The notes beneath the pieces are model-generated. The model saw only the letters and a program-made list of their open reading frames with translations. It was not told where the DNA came from and did no database searches. A stretch of 30,268 nucleotides of DNA from NCBI GenBank assembly GCA_039801565.1, contig JBDRUX010000019.1, positions 1 through 30,268 on the forward strand, written 5' to 3'. Positions 1-8,390 of the stretch are shown here, piece by piece (positions within the stretch are counted from its first letter, which is position 1; each line of letters opens with the position of its first letter). Origin of the DNA: a candidate division WOR-3 bacterium. Its GTDB lineage: Bacteria > Hydrothermota > Tepidihabitantia > Tepidihabitantales > JAOUPE01. The translations under genes and the position numbers were made by a program.

Positions 1-108
1 TATCTGGACATGAAAGAATTAGAAGAATGGGATCGAAAAAACGGTATTTCCGATACCGAAAAATCAACTATTGGAGTATGAAATTGCAGACAATTTGTTA
101 CTTGACCT
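1..108 (+). mobile_element. Right end of an insertion sequence, probably IS256 family (truncated by window edge)
   Basis: Exact reverse complement of 30149-30256. Frame 1 (1..81) reads YLDMKELEEWDRKNGISDTEKSTIGV*; YLxM is typical of IS256 transposase C-termini. It is followed by AAATTGCAGACAATTTGTTACTTGACC, which resembles IS256-family terminal inverted repeats. Confidence 0.7.
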
Positions 109-347
109 ATTTCAACTTTTCTGGCACAAAACTTGGTTGAATATTTATTAATGACCAACTGCTTTTGACTTAAAAATTAGACCGAATTAACTGGGGAGTC
201 TAACCTAATAGAACTGGGTTACCAAAAATTTAGTCCAGTTCAGTTTAGAGTTCCTATGGATGCTTTCTCATCCCCACAAGGTGAAAGTTCATTGAGGAAT
301 ACTTCCCAATAATTTCAAGAGCATTTTAGGGCTTAAAGTCCATTCGC

Positions 348-375
348 TTGACTCAAGAAAAATTTTTTATAAAAT
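348..375 (+). promoter_or_regulatory. sigma70-type promoter of tRNA-Asn
   Basis: TTGACT-N16-TAAAAT, 8 nt upstream of the tRNA 5' end. Confidence 0.65.
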
Positions 376-383
376 AATATTAT

Positions 384-455
384 TCCAGCGTAGCTCAATG
401 GTGGAGCATCCGGCTGTTAACCGGAGGGTTGTAGGTTCGAGTCCTACCGCTGGAG
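384..455 (+). tRNA. tRNA-Asn (GTT), CCA not encoded
   Basis: Full cloverleaf: acceptor TCCAGCG/CGCTGGA, D arm GCTC/GAGC, anticodon arm TCCGG-CTGTTAA-CCGGA, T arm GTAGG-TTCGAGT-CCTAC, discriminator G. Confidence 0.97.
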
Positions 456-528
456 ATTTCTAATAAATTTTGTGAAAGTTAAGTCAAAAATTGAATTTAT
501 TTAGAAAAAGAATTTTCAACTGGATTGA

Positions 529-577
529 CTGTTAATCCGCCTAAGGCGGATTGTAGGTTCGAGTCCTACCGCTGGAG
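529..577 (+). repeat. Duplicated 3' half of tRNA-Asn (att-like), interrupted by a small palindrome
   Basis: 551-577 is identical to 429-455 (27 bp); the CTGTTAA anticodon loop recurs at 529-535; AATCCGCC-TAA-GGCGGATT hairpin at 534-552. Confidence 0.85.
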
Positions 578-617
578 GTTTCTTTCGAAAACCTAAATCG
601 AAAAGTTTAAGGTTTTA

Positions 618-947
618 CTATTCAATTTCTAAGGACTCAATCATCAGTTCCTGACCCGATACAATTTCTACCCCTTCCCCACACTTACAGTTCAACTCTA
701 AATCTTTAAATTGATTCTGACACTTTGGACAACGCAGAACCAAAGGTATTCGTTTGATTACTAAAATTGCATCTTGGGCGATGGTCTTTTTTTTCAAGGT
801 GTCAAAATAGAATTGAACACAATCCGGTACAATACTGGTTGCTTCGCCCACTAACAAATTAATCTTCTTTATTGTTTTCGCCCGGTGCTTTTTGGCAATA
901 ATTAAAGACTGATTCAAGATACTTTCAGTTATCGTTAATTCATGCAT
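618..947 (-). CDS. hypA: Hydrogenase maturation nickel metallochaperone HypA
   Basis: N-terminal MHE Ni motif, VGE...VPD..QF.F, CPKC...CKC Zn site, C-terminal G.EL.IESLE. Confidence 0.93.
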   Translation of the reverse strand: MHELTITESILNQSLIIAKKHRAKTIKKINLLVGEATSIVPDCVQFYFDTLKKKTIAQDAILVIKRIPLVLRCPKCQNQFKDLELNCKCGEGVEIVSGQELMIESLEIE

Positions 948-1059
948 TTTATTAAACTCTGATCACCTTAGCTTTAGAGGGTATTGCTCTATCTTTTTGT
1001 TGTTGTCTTAGTATCAAATATCAAGATTCAAAAAGTTCAAGGCGTTTGAGGGCAAAGGT

Positions 1060-3735
1060 TTATTCCAAATCTTCTAACATCTTTCGCGCCATTGAATCAC
1101 CGGGATTGCGTCGCAACCAATCGGCAAGAACTCCTTTTGCTTTTGCGGTGTCGTGCATTCGGTCAAGATAGAGACTGTATAAACTTCGCACCGGCTCCGG
1201 ACGGTTCGGCGCAACCATCTGGGCTTCTCGAAATGCTCTTTCCGCTTTTTCGTATTCGCCCAACTGTTGGTATGCCCAACCTCGTCGCAGAGAAATTTCG
1301 ACATCGCGCACACCGGATTTTTCAATTGAATCAAGATAAGCCAATGCTTCTTGATAATTACCCGACATCAAGTCATAAATACTGGCGTGAAAGAATAAAG
1401 CCGCTTTCCGCACCGGTTCAATATCAAATTCTAAGGCTTTTTTAATTGTTGCCGAAGCCTTGGCTAATTCACCCCGTTTCTGATATTCTTGCGCTAAAGC
1501 AATAGCGGTGGCGGCATAGTTGATAAATAACCCCCGGGTATTTTCGTCTTTCATTACCCTGGGGTCAAGCATACTTTCCATTTTGTAAACCTTTTCGACC
1601 AAGTATTCGGTCTTTTCCACATCAACTTGATTGGTTCCGGAATCCGGCACTACCAGATTGACCAGTCCTTGCAGTCTAAGATAAGGCTCAACATCAACCA
1701 AATTATCTCGGGATACCGTGGTCGCAAAATAGACATTACTTTTCGGTTGGTAGTTAGCAAAGACCTTTGCCATAAACTCTTGGGCAGTTGAGGCGTAGTC
1801 ATCAGGCCATTTCAATTTTACACCACCCGCGGTTGCGACAATATCCCGAATCATAATATCTTTTAATAAGAAGGTCCGTCCTCTTTTCCCGGCAAAAGCC
1901 TGAGGCAGGCGGTCAATCTCGGCTTCAGAAAATGATATCGGTGCACCCCAACGCTTCAGTTGTTTGCAATACCAAGTAGTATTCAGAAGTGAAAGATTTG
2001 CCACCGCCACATTATTACCAAAACCCGTTTTATAATCGGAAATCCGCGAAGGCACTGCCTGCATAAACCATAATGGAAATGTATCATTGTCGCCATTGGT
2101 GAATAAAACCGCTTTCTCACCTTCGCAGGAAATTAACATATTGTAACCGTATTCGGCGGGTATCCAATTATACCGGCGGGTAACATTACGGTAATTAAAA
2201 AATAATGGTAATATCATTAACAGCACCATAGCCCCTGAAACCAAAACCGCAGCAAGTTTTCGGAATTTCAATCTGGGTAAAAGCCAATTGAGAAAGGCAT
2301 CAACTCCTATGCCAACAAAAATTGAAAAAAAGACAAAAGAGAAAGCAAAGAAATAATCCCGCTCCCGGACTTCCCGGAATTTAAGCATCGGACGTGGGTC
2401 AGAAGGAGAATATTTTAAATTAAGATAAGTAATGAGACCAAGGGACGCAATCAAAAAACAAAGCCCGGTCAGAACAAAAGACTTGCGGTCATTTTTATAT
2501 TGGTGCCACATCCCCCAGAAACCGAGAATCGGCGGAATAATGCCTGAAAGTGCTGGTAACCGAACCCGATAAAAGATATCGAGATTCTGTTCACCCGCCC
2601 ACTGCCAAAGGAAATAACGGACATAGAATTTAATTTGTTCAAAATAGCCTTGAATTAAACTAAATGCCGGATAACTATTAGGATAGTTACGATAGTCCTC
2701 TTCGGTTAAAAACATCGTCTTTCTTGGGAATAACTTCATTGGGTCATACTGTTCGCGTTTTAGGACACTAACAAAATCATTCCATTTGGCGGGATTGACT
2801 TCGTTAATCATCGGTTCCAGCCTTGCCCGCACCATTAAGTAAAATTGAACCGTGGAAGCAATGCCAATCAAAAGAATTCCTAAACCGATATATTTTGCGT
2901 CCAATTGTTTTTTACTATACAGATAATAGAGATAACCGAGATAGATTATTACAAAGATTAAGAAGAAGATGAACTTCGATTCTAAGAGTTTAATTATCGC
3001 TACGGTTGGCGATGCTAAGAAAAGGACCATATAGTCAACCAGTCCCAAACCAGAAATGGCAGCAATGATTAAATATAAAATAATCAACTCAATCAGCCGT
3101 AATTCTAAAATTGCCTTGCGGTCAACAACTAAACCAAAGAAAAGCAAGGCGAACAAGACCATCACTGGGGTAAAATGAATTCCGGTTGAAAGGAAAAGAA
3201 TATAAATCGCAGCTAAAACCATTCGGTTATCACTAAAACCTTTTTCGACTTCGTTGCGCCAGAGTAAACCCATATACATAACCGCCAGGGCAACTGCCAC
3301 GCAGGGAGTATAGACCTCGGCTTCGACCGAATTGTCCCAGAAGGAATAAGCAAAGGCAATGGCAAAAGCCGCGGCGACGCCTGCGATATGAGCCAGGAAA
3401 GGGAACCTTTGTCGCACCCCTTTATTCTTAAACATTGCGAGCAGTTTTAATACCAGTAAATAAACTAGGGCAGCCGATATTGCCCCGCAAAGGGCGGTAA
3501 AGAAGACAACCCGAAACGCCGGCTCCCGAGCAAAAGGTATAACTGAGAAGATTCGGCCAATCATAACAAAAAGTGGTGTTCCGGGGGGATGGGGAATACC
3601 TAAGATATAAGAGACCGCAATTAATTCGGCACAATCCCAAAATGATGCGGTGGGAGCTGCCGAATAGAGATAGACCGCTAATACTACGCTGAAAATTATT
3701 AAGGCGATAACAAATTTTAATATCCGTTCCGACAT
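1060..3735 (-). CDS. DUF2723 / TMEM260-like multi-pass membrane glycosyltransferase (GT-C, GT117-like) with C-terminal TPRs
   Basis: APTASFWDCAELI...GIPHPPGTPLF, SVEAEVY, REQY, RERDYFF and LFTNGDNDTFPLW motifs; many TM helices; TPR-like tail; SD AAGGAGG. Confidence 0.9.
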   Translation of the reverse strand: MSERILKFVIALIIFSVVLAVYLYSAAPTASFWDCAELIAVSYILGIPHPPGTPLFVMIGRIFSVIPFAREPAFRVVFFTALCGAISAALVYLLVLKLLAMFKNKGVRQRFPFLAHIAGVAAAFAIAFAYSFWDNSVEAEVYTPCVAVALAVMYMGLLWRNEVEKGFSDNRMVLAAIYILFLSTGIHFTPVMVLFALLFFGLVVDRKAILELRLIELIILYLIIAAISGLGLVDYMVLFLASPTVAIIKLLESKFIFFLIFVIIYLGYLYYLYSKKQLDAKYIGLGILLIGIASTVQFYLMVRARLEPMINEVNPAKWNDFVSVLKREQYDPMKLFPRKTMFLTEEDYRNYPNSYPAFSLIQGYFEQIKFYVRYFLWQWAGEQNLDIFYRVRLPALSGIIPPILGFWGMWHQYKNDRKSFVLTGLCFLIASLGLITYLNLKYSPSDPRPMLKFREVRERDYFFAFSFVFFSIFVGIGVDAFLNWLLPRLKFRKLAAVLVSGAMVLLMILPLFFNYRNVTRRYNWIPAEYGYNMLISCEGEKAVLFTNGDNDTFPLWFMQAVPSRISDYKTGFGNNVAVANLSLLNTTWYCKQLKRWGAPISFSEAEIDRLPQAFAGKRGRTFLLKDIMIRDIVATAGGVKLKWPDDYASTAQEFMAKVFANYQPKSNVYFATTVSRDNLVDVEPYLRLQGLVNLVVPDSGTNQVDVEKTEYLVEKVYKMESMLDPRVMKDENTRGLFINYAATAIALAQEYQKRGELAKASATIKKALEFDIEPVRKAALFFHASIYDLMSGNYQEALAYLDSIEKSGVRDVEISLRRGWAYQQLGEYEKAERAFREAQMVAPNRPEPVRSLYSLYLDRMHDTAKAKGVLADWLRRNPGDSMARKMLEDLE

Positions 3736-3743
3736 TTTACCTC

Positions 3744-3770
3744 CTTTGAACTCTTTGAACCTTTGAACTC
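3744..3770. repeat. Short 8-9 bp tandem repeat (CTTTGAACT)
   Basis: ctttgaact-ctttgaac-ctttgaact between cdaA and the DUF2723 gene. Confidence 0.6.
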
Positions 3771-3791
3771 ATTAATCTTTATCATTATCAC

Positions 3792-4550
3792 TCACTCCCC
3801 TTTGATTATGGCTTGGGTCAGATTGAATTTGACTTGGGACGGAGTCAAATCAATCGCAAGTTTACCCCGATTCGCAAACGAAATTTTGCCGGTTGTCTCC
3901 GAGACGATTATTGCTACAGCATCGGTGACAGTAGTGATTCCCAATCCAGCCCGATGTCGCATCCCCAAAAAGCCATCAACATAACTGGTCTCACTCAAAG
4001 GCAGAGTGCAACCAGCGCTAACAATATGGTCGCCAGTGATAATACAGGCGCCATCGTGTAAAGGTGAGGGCGGCGTAAAAATTGAGACCAAAAGCGGTGC
4101 TGAAACCAAAGCCTCAATTCTTGTACCAGTTTCAATGAACTCCCGTAAACCCATTTGACGCTCTAAAACAATTAACCCGCCCAACTTCCGTTCCTTTAAT
4201 AGCGCAGTCGCTTCAACCACTTCGTCAATCACTGCGGCCTCGTTACCGGGTTTAAGTAAAAATCGTAAGGGCCTTGCCCGACCAAAACGCGAAAGGGCAT
4301 TGCGAATCTCCGGTTGAAAAAGTATGACAAACGCTACCACCCAAACCGCCTTTAATGAGTCAACAATTAAAGTTAAAGTTTTGAGATTGAGCCAACGCGC
4401 CATAAAATAAAGCAGAAAGATAAAAAAGAGGGCAAAGAGCATTCGGAGCGCTCTTGTCCCTTTCAAGAATTTTAAAAAATAGAAGATGATGGCAGCAACA
4501 ATTATAATATCTATTATATCGCGAAATGATGGCTTAAAGATACTCAGCAT
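3792..4550 (-). CDS. cdaA: Diadenylate cyclase CdaA (membrane-bound DAC)
   Basis: Three N-terminal TM helices, FQPEIR, catalytic PLHDGA and GMRHRA motifs, VSET; overlaps folP stop by 7 nt. Confidence 0.95.
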   Translation of the reverse strand: MLSIFKPSFRDIIDIIIVAAIIFYFLKFLKGTRALRMLFALFFIFLLYFMARWLNLKTLTLIVDSLKAVWVVAFVILFQPEIRNALSRFGRARPLRFLLKPGNEAAVIDEVVEATALLKERKLGGLIVLERQMGLREFIETGTRIEALVSAPLLVSIFTPPSPLHDGACIITGDHIVSAGCTLPLSETSYVDGFLGMRHRAGLGITTVTDAVAIIVSETTGKISFANRGKLAIDLTPSQVKFNLTQAIIKGE

Positions 4551-5737
4551 TGGTTTCTAATGGCATCACAAACTAAAGCGGCGCGTTTGACCGCGCATAC
4601 ATCGTGGACTCGTAAGAAATTAGCACCTTGCATTATCGCTATTATACAGGCTGCGATCGTCCCTTCTAATCTTTCCTCAACCGGTAAATTTAGTGTCAAA
4701 CCGATAAATGACTTGCGCGAAGGACCAACTAAAATTGGTCGGCCTAGCCCTTTCAATTCGTTAAGTCTCCTCAAAATTGTATAATTATCTTCCAGTCGTT
4801 TACCAAAACCAATTCCTGGGTCAACGATGGTTTTAGCCAAATCAATACCTGCCGCTTTTGCTTTTATCAGGGCATTTTTCAAATAATTGTAAATTTCTGC
4901 CATCGTATCTTGATAATGAGGATTTTTTTGCATAGTTTTTGGTGTTCCTTTAATATGCATTATTATACACGGGACATTAAATTTAGCAATAACTTCGGCC
5001 ATCCGTTTGTCAAAGGAAAGTCCGGAGATGTCATTGATAAGCGCGGCGCCTTCTTGTAAAACAGTTTCGGCAACTTCGGATTTGTAAGTGTCAACTGAGA
5101 TTGGAATCGAAAGTCGACGCTGGAGTACTTTTAAAACTGGCAGAAGTCGGCGTAATTCTTCTTTTGGGGTTATTGGTTTAGCCCCCGGCCGCGTTGACTC
5201 AGCACCGATATCAATCAAATCGGCGCCCTCGGCTTCGATTGCCAAAGCCCGGTCGATTGCGGTTTGGGTAGTGAAATATTTCCCACCATCGGAAAAAGAA
5301 TCTGGGGTGATGTTTAAAATACCAACAATGTAAGTCCGTTTTCTTAACTCGAAATTTTTATTGCCAATTTTAATCTTCTGACCGTTGGCACAATGGTTCG
5401 CTAATAACTTGAGAAGTTCCGCCCCTAACTGCGAAGCGCCCAACGGTTGATAGGCTAACCTTTCGGCAATTCGTTCCAATTGGCGGGGATTAGCGAATAG
5501 TAATCCGTCAGAAATTTTTTTTCGACCAGTAATTACATTCCGGTGTAAAGCGCAATCCGCACCTAAAGCCAGTGCGGTCTGCTTTAAGATGTTAGCCAAT
5601 CCACAAGAAAGGTTTTCGATTTTAATCACAAAAGTATTAGATTTGGCAAAGAAAATGTCCCAAGCGGCTTTGTCAACACCAACCCGCGCCAATTCCGTAA
5701 GCAGGTCAGTTTCGTTGCCAAGACTTAATATGCGCAT
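4544..5737 (-). CDS. folP: Dihydropteroate synthase with ~130-aa N-terminal extension
   Basis: GILNITPDSFSDGG, DIGAESTRPG, ISVDT, INDISG, DPGIGFGK, SRKSF and RVHDV motifs. Confidence 0.96.
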   Translation of the reverse strand: MRILSLGNETDLLTELARVGVDKAAWDIFFAKSNTFVIKIENLSCGLANILKQTALALGADCALHRNVITGRKKISDGLLFANPRQLERIAERLAYQPLGASQLGAELLKLLANHCANGQKIKIGNKNFELRKRTYIVGILNITPDSFSDGGKYFTTQTAIDRALAIEAEGADLIDIGAESTRPGAKPITPKEELRRLLPVLKVLQRRLSIPISVDTYKSEVAETVLQEGAALINDISGLSFDKRMAEVIAKFNVPCIIMHIKGTPKTMQKNPHYQDTMAEIYNYLKNALIKAKAAGIDLAKTIVDPGIGFGKRLEDNYTILRRLNELKGLGRPILVGPSRKSFIGLTLNLPVEERLEGTIAACIIAIMQGANFLRVHDVCAVKRAALVCDAIRNQC

Positions 5738-5743
5738 CCTACT

Positions 5744-5771
5744 ATTAAACCTAAGGAATTGCTTTTGTCAA
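5744..5771 (-). promoter_or_regulatory. Putative promoter of folP operon, probably leaderless
   Basis: TTGACA-N16-TTTAAT-N6-ATG, no SD; the -10 box is imperfect. Confidence 0.45.
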
Positions 5772-6120
5772 GCCGAGACTGAATTGACGAAGTCAATTCT
5801 CTTATTCTTAAAGAATCAGAAGAAGAAAAGATTGCGCTTCGCTCCATCTTTATAGCCATTATTCGAAAAGTAAAGGAGTAGCGTTGGTTTGGCGAAGTTG
5901 AATCCGGATGAAGGCTTTTGGCATAAGAACAAATTCAATCGGACAGGCCGAGAGACAATTTAATCTTTGCCGAATATGAAATATCAGGTTTCGAGTGCGT
6001 CATATCATCATTTAGCCCCTTATCCGGGTAAAATTCACAGCTTATTCAATACCCAATTAACTCTTTACGCTACCTAAATTTATTATGAATTATAAGTAAT
6101 ATATCAAAAAACGAACTGAT

Positions 6121-7719
6121 TTAAGGTAATAATACAACTTTGCTTGATGCGATAACCTGGTTCGATTTTGCCGCTTTTATTAAATATACCCCTGGTGAAC
6201 AACGAAACCCGTAATCATCACAGCCATTCCAAACAAATGATTGGCAATCCAAAATTTTAGTCGAGTAAGGGGCATTTTCACCAGACTGGCTGGTTAATTT
6301 TCGAATCAATTTACCAGTTGAATTGTAAATGTTCAAATTAGTTATTGGATTTTTGGTTTCTCGGATCGGCCTTTCTCGATATTCAGGTTCGGTTAACAAT
6401 CGGATTGAAGTTTTATCCCGAAAGACAGTGGGTATAGCAATTAGTGCTGAATTTGAAACTTTTGCTTTTTGTTCTAATAAGGCTAAGGGCCGATTCGTGG
6501 CAAACCATATTTCACTGCGGTGGTTACGACGGTCCTCAAACACAATATAGGCGAAACCTAATAAATCAACGGCAAGGTCTGGGTCAAATTGTTCAGCCGC
6601 AACTGCTTCATTGACAATTTCGCGTTCGGACCAAGTAAGACCGCAATCCGAAGAAAAGGCATAGTAGATTTCATAGTTCCAAGACACTATATCACAAACC
6701 ATAAGTGCAGTATGGACATAACCGTTTGGGTCAATTGCTAACTTGGCCCCATTATAATACGAAGAATAGAAGGTATCCAGATTGGTTAGTGGCACCGGTG
6801 GGGTCCAATTTGTTCCGAAGTCAGTTGAGGTGCGAGCCTGGGAATGAATTTGCTGACCACCATTATAACCAGAATAACTGGCAACATAAAAATCTTCCCC
6901 GGCAACAATATGAGGTTGTCCACAATAGTTAGTGAAAGTGTCCAGCACCACCGTTGGCAAAAAAGTTATGCCGCCGTCAATAGATTTGGTGAAAACCGAA
7001 TTGTTGGTAATAAGGTTGGGTTGTACATAACAAGGGCTACTAAAAACGACCAAATAAGAATTGGTGCGCGGACAAACTGCGACATCCGGTTGATAGCGGT
7101 CGCTGGAAATAGTGTCGTCTGAAACTCGAACATTGGTTCGCCAAGTTCTACCACCGTTACTTGATACTGATGACCAAATATGCAGATAAGGTGTTCGACC
7201 ATCGTTCCAGGCAACAAACAAACTACCACCGGTATCTACAGCAATTTTTGCCCAACCCACCATCACCGCTGATAGGCAATCATCAATTCGCGTCGGCGTT
7301 GACCAGGTCGTACCCTGGTCAGTCGAACGGGTACAGTAGATATGACCCAAACTCGGTCCGGTAATTCGTTCGGTATAAACGATATAAATGTTTCCTTCCC
7401 GGTCAGTAATAATATCCGGATAACAAGCAAATGTCTCTCCCCGTTTTATTAAAATATCCTGCGGGAGAAAAGTTGTGCCACCGTCAGTTGACTTTTGAAA
7501 ATAGATATCGCTGCGAACCGTAACAAATCCATCAAGCGAGTCATCTTGAAATACCACATAAATCGGTGGCAACAGCGAATCAAGCGGACCAATCGTAATT
7601 GCCGAATGACATACAATATGGTTTGGCAGATTCTGGTGGTCTACCCGAACATTTGGTCCAAAAACTGCCCAACTGGTAGAATAACCAATTGCGACCATTA
7701 TAAAAACTAAATTCTTCAT
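6121..7719 (-). CDS. Secreted BNR/Asp-box (sialidase-like) beta-propeller protein with T9SS-A/FlgD-like C-terminal domain
   Basis: Signal peptide; six S-x-D/N-x-G-x-T/N-W/F boxes (STDGGTTF, STDQGTTW, SSNGGRTW, SIDGGITF, STDFGTNW, SSDCGLTW); CTD IYNSTGKLIRKL...WNGCDDYG...PGVYLI...KVVL. Confidence 0.85.
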   Translation of the reverse strand: MKNLVFIMVAIGYSTSWAVFGPNVRVDHQNLPNHIVCHSAITIGPLDSLLPPIYVVFQDDSLDGFVTVRSDIYFQKSTDGGTTFLPQDILIKRGETFACYPDIITDREGNIYIVYTERITGPSLGHIYCTRSTDQGTTWSTPTRIDDCLSAVMVGWAKIAVDTGGSLFVAWNDGRTPYLHIWSSVSSNGGRTWRTNVRVSDDTISSDRYQPDVAVCPRTNSYLVVFSSPCYVQPNLITNNSVFTKSIDGGITFLPTVVLDTFTNYCGQPHIVAGEDFYVASYSGYNGGQQIHSQARTSTDFGTNWTPPVPLTNLDTFYSSYYNGAKLAIDPNGYVHTALMVCDIVSWNYEIYYAFSSDCGLTWSEREIVNEAVAAEQFDPDLAVDLLGFAYIVFEDRRNHRSEIWFATNRPLALLEQKAKVSNSALIAIPTVFRDKTSIRLLTEPEYRERPIRETKNPITNLNIYNSTGKLIRKLTSQSGENAPYSTKILDCQSFVWNGCDDYGFRCSPGVYLIKAAKSNQVIASSKVVLLP

Positions 7720-7753
7720 AGCACAAAATTATTTTTATAAAATTATTTTTATT

Positions 7754-7781
7754 ATTATAAACTTAACGATGAATTTTGCAA
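7754..7781 (-). promoter_or_regulatory. Putative promoter of BNR protein gene
   Basis: TTGCAA-N16-TATAAT; 14-bp tandem repeat (7725-7752) just downstream. Confidence 0.55.
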
Positions 7782-8010
7782 GTCGCTATTTTGATTTTCT
7801 TCACAAATCAAAAACGAATTTGTCAGGGATATAAACCCTGTCGCTACAAAGAAAGGATAAGACTTCGGCTTACTAATCACCGATTTGTAATCTTCCGATA
7901 GCCTACTTTCCATTTTACCCTTTAAATATATTAACAAATAATAACGAATCCAATAAAACAAATATTTATAAATCAAATGGTTATAGATATAAGCCGATTC
8001 ATTTTTTTAC

Positions 8011-8038
8011 TTGACAAATTTTGATTTTTTTGTATAAT
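8011..8038 (+). promoter_or_regulatory. Consensus sigma70 promoter of the giant protein gene
   Basis: TTGACA-N16-TATAAT. Confidence 0.8.
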
Positions 8039-8042
8039 TTAA

Positions 8043-8372
8043 ATCACTAAAAGGACTGGGCAGAATGTTCAGGGATTAGTGATAATTGATGATTAACAAC
8101 CATGGTTATTAAGAAACTCGTCATTTATCACAATCAACTGAACGAATTTAGGAAGGTTGCCCAGATTAATTTCAATACCAGAGGATTTCAGCATCGGGGT
8201 GGAGCTTGAAATCCTTAAGGTAAAGATTTATCCACCTCAAAATTGGGTTACAACATAACAGTTATTAGGGATTGGTTGTTAGTTGTTGGGGAAAGAAGTT
8301 AACCAACAACTAAAAAACTAATAACTGAATTTGTAACCCAAAATGGCATTAATAAATCCGCTGATGGCGGAT
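8043..8372 (+). ncRNA. Candidate structured 5' leader RNA (long hairpin, H-type pseudoknot, heptamer hairpin, SD-proximal hairpin)
   Basis: Nested complementary segments 8056-8164; stem 8182-8215 whose loop GGGGTGGA pairs with TCCACCTC (8231-8238); hairpins 8243-8341 and 8356-8372; no family recognised. Confidence 0.5.
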
Positions 8373-8390
8373 AAACCAAAGGAGGTTAAA

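Noticed and set aside
521..577. Second functional tRNA gene
   Set aside because: No 5' acceptor strand or D arm; anticodon stem disrupted.
5781..6110. ncRNA or gene remnant between folP and the BNR gene
   Set aside because: Only isolated small hairpins (e.g. GAATTGAC-GAA-GTCAATTC); no coherent structure or ORF.
7755..7976. 73-aa ORF in the divergent promoter region
   Set aside because: AT-rich, no SD or motif, overlaps the BNR gene promoter.
8043..8372. c-di-AMP (ydaO), c-di-GMP, cobalamin or T-box riboswitch
   Set aside because: Their conserved sequence blocks are not visible by eye; an Rfam scan is still needed.
8343..8390. Upstream start of the giant gene given by the ORF track
   Set aside because: GGAGG and the signal peptide support ATG 8391; the extension merely translates the SD (KEV).
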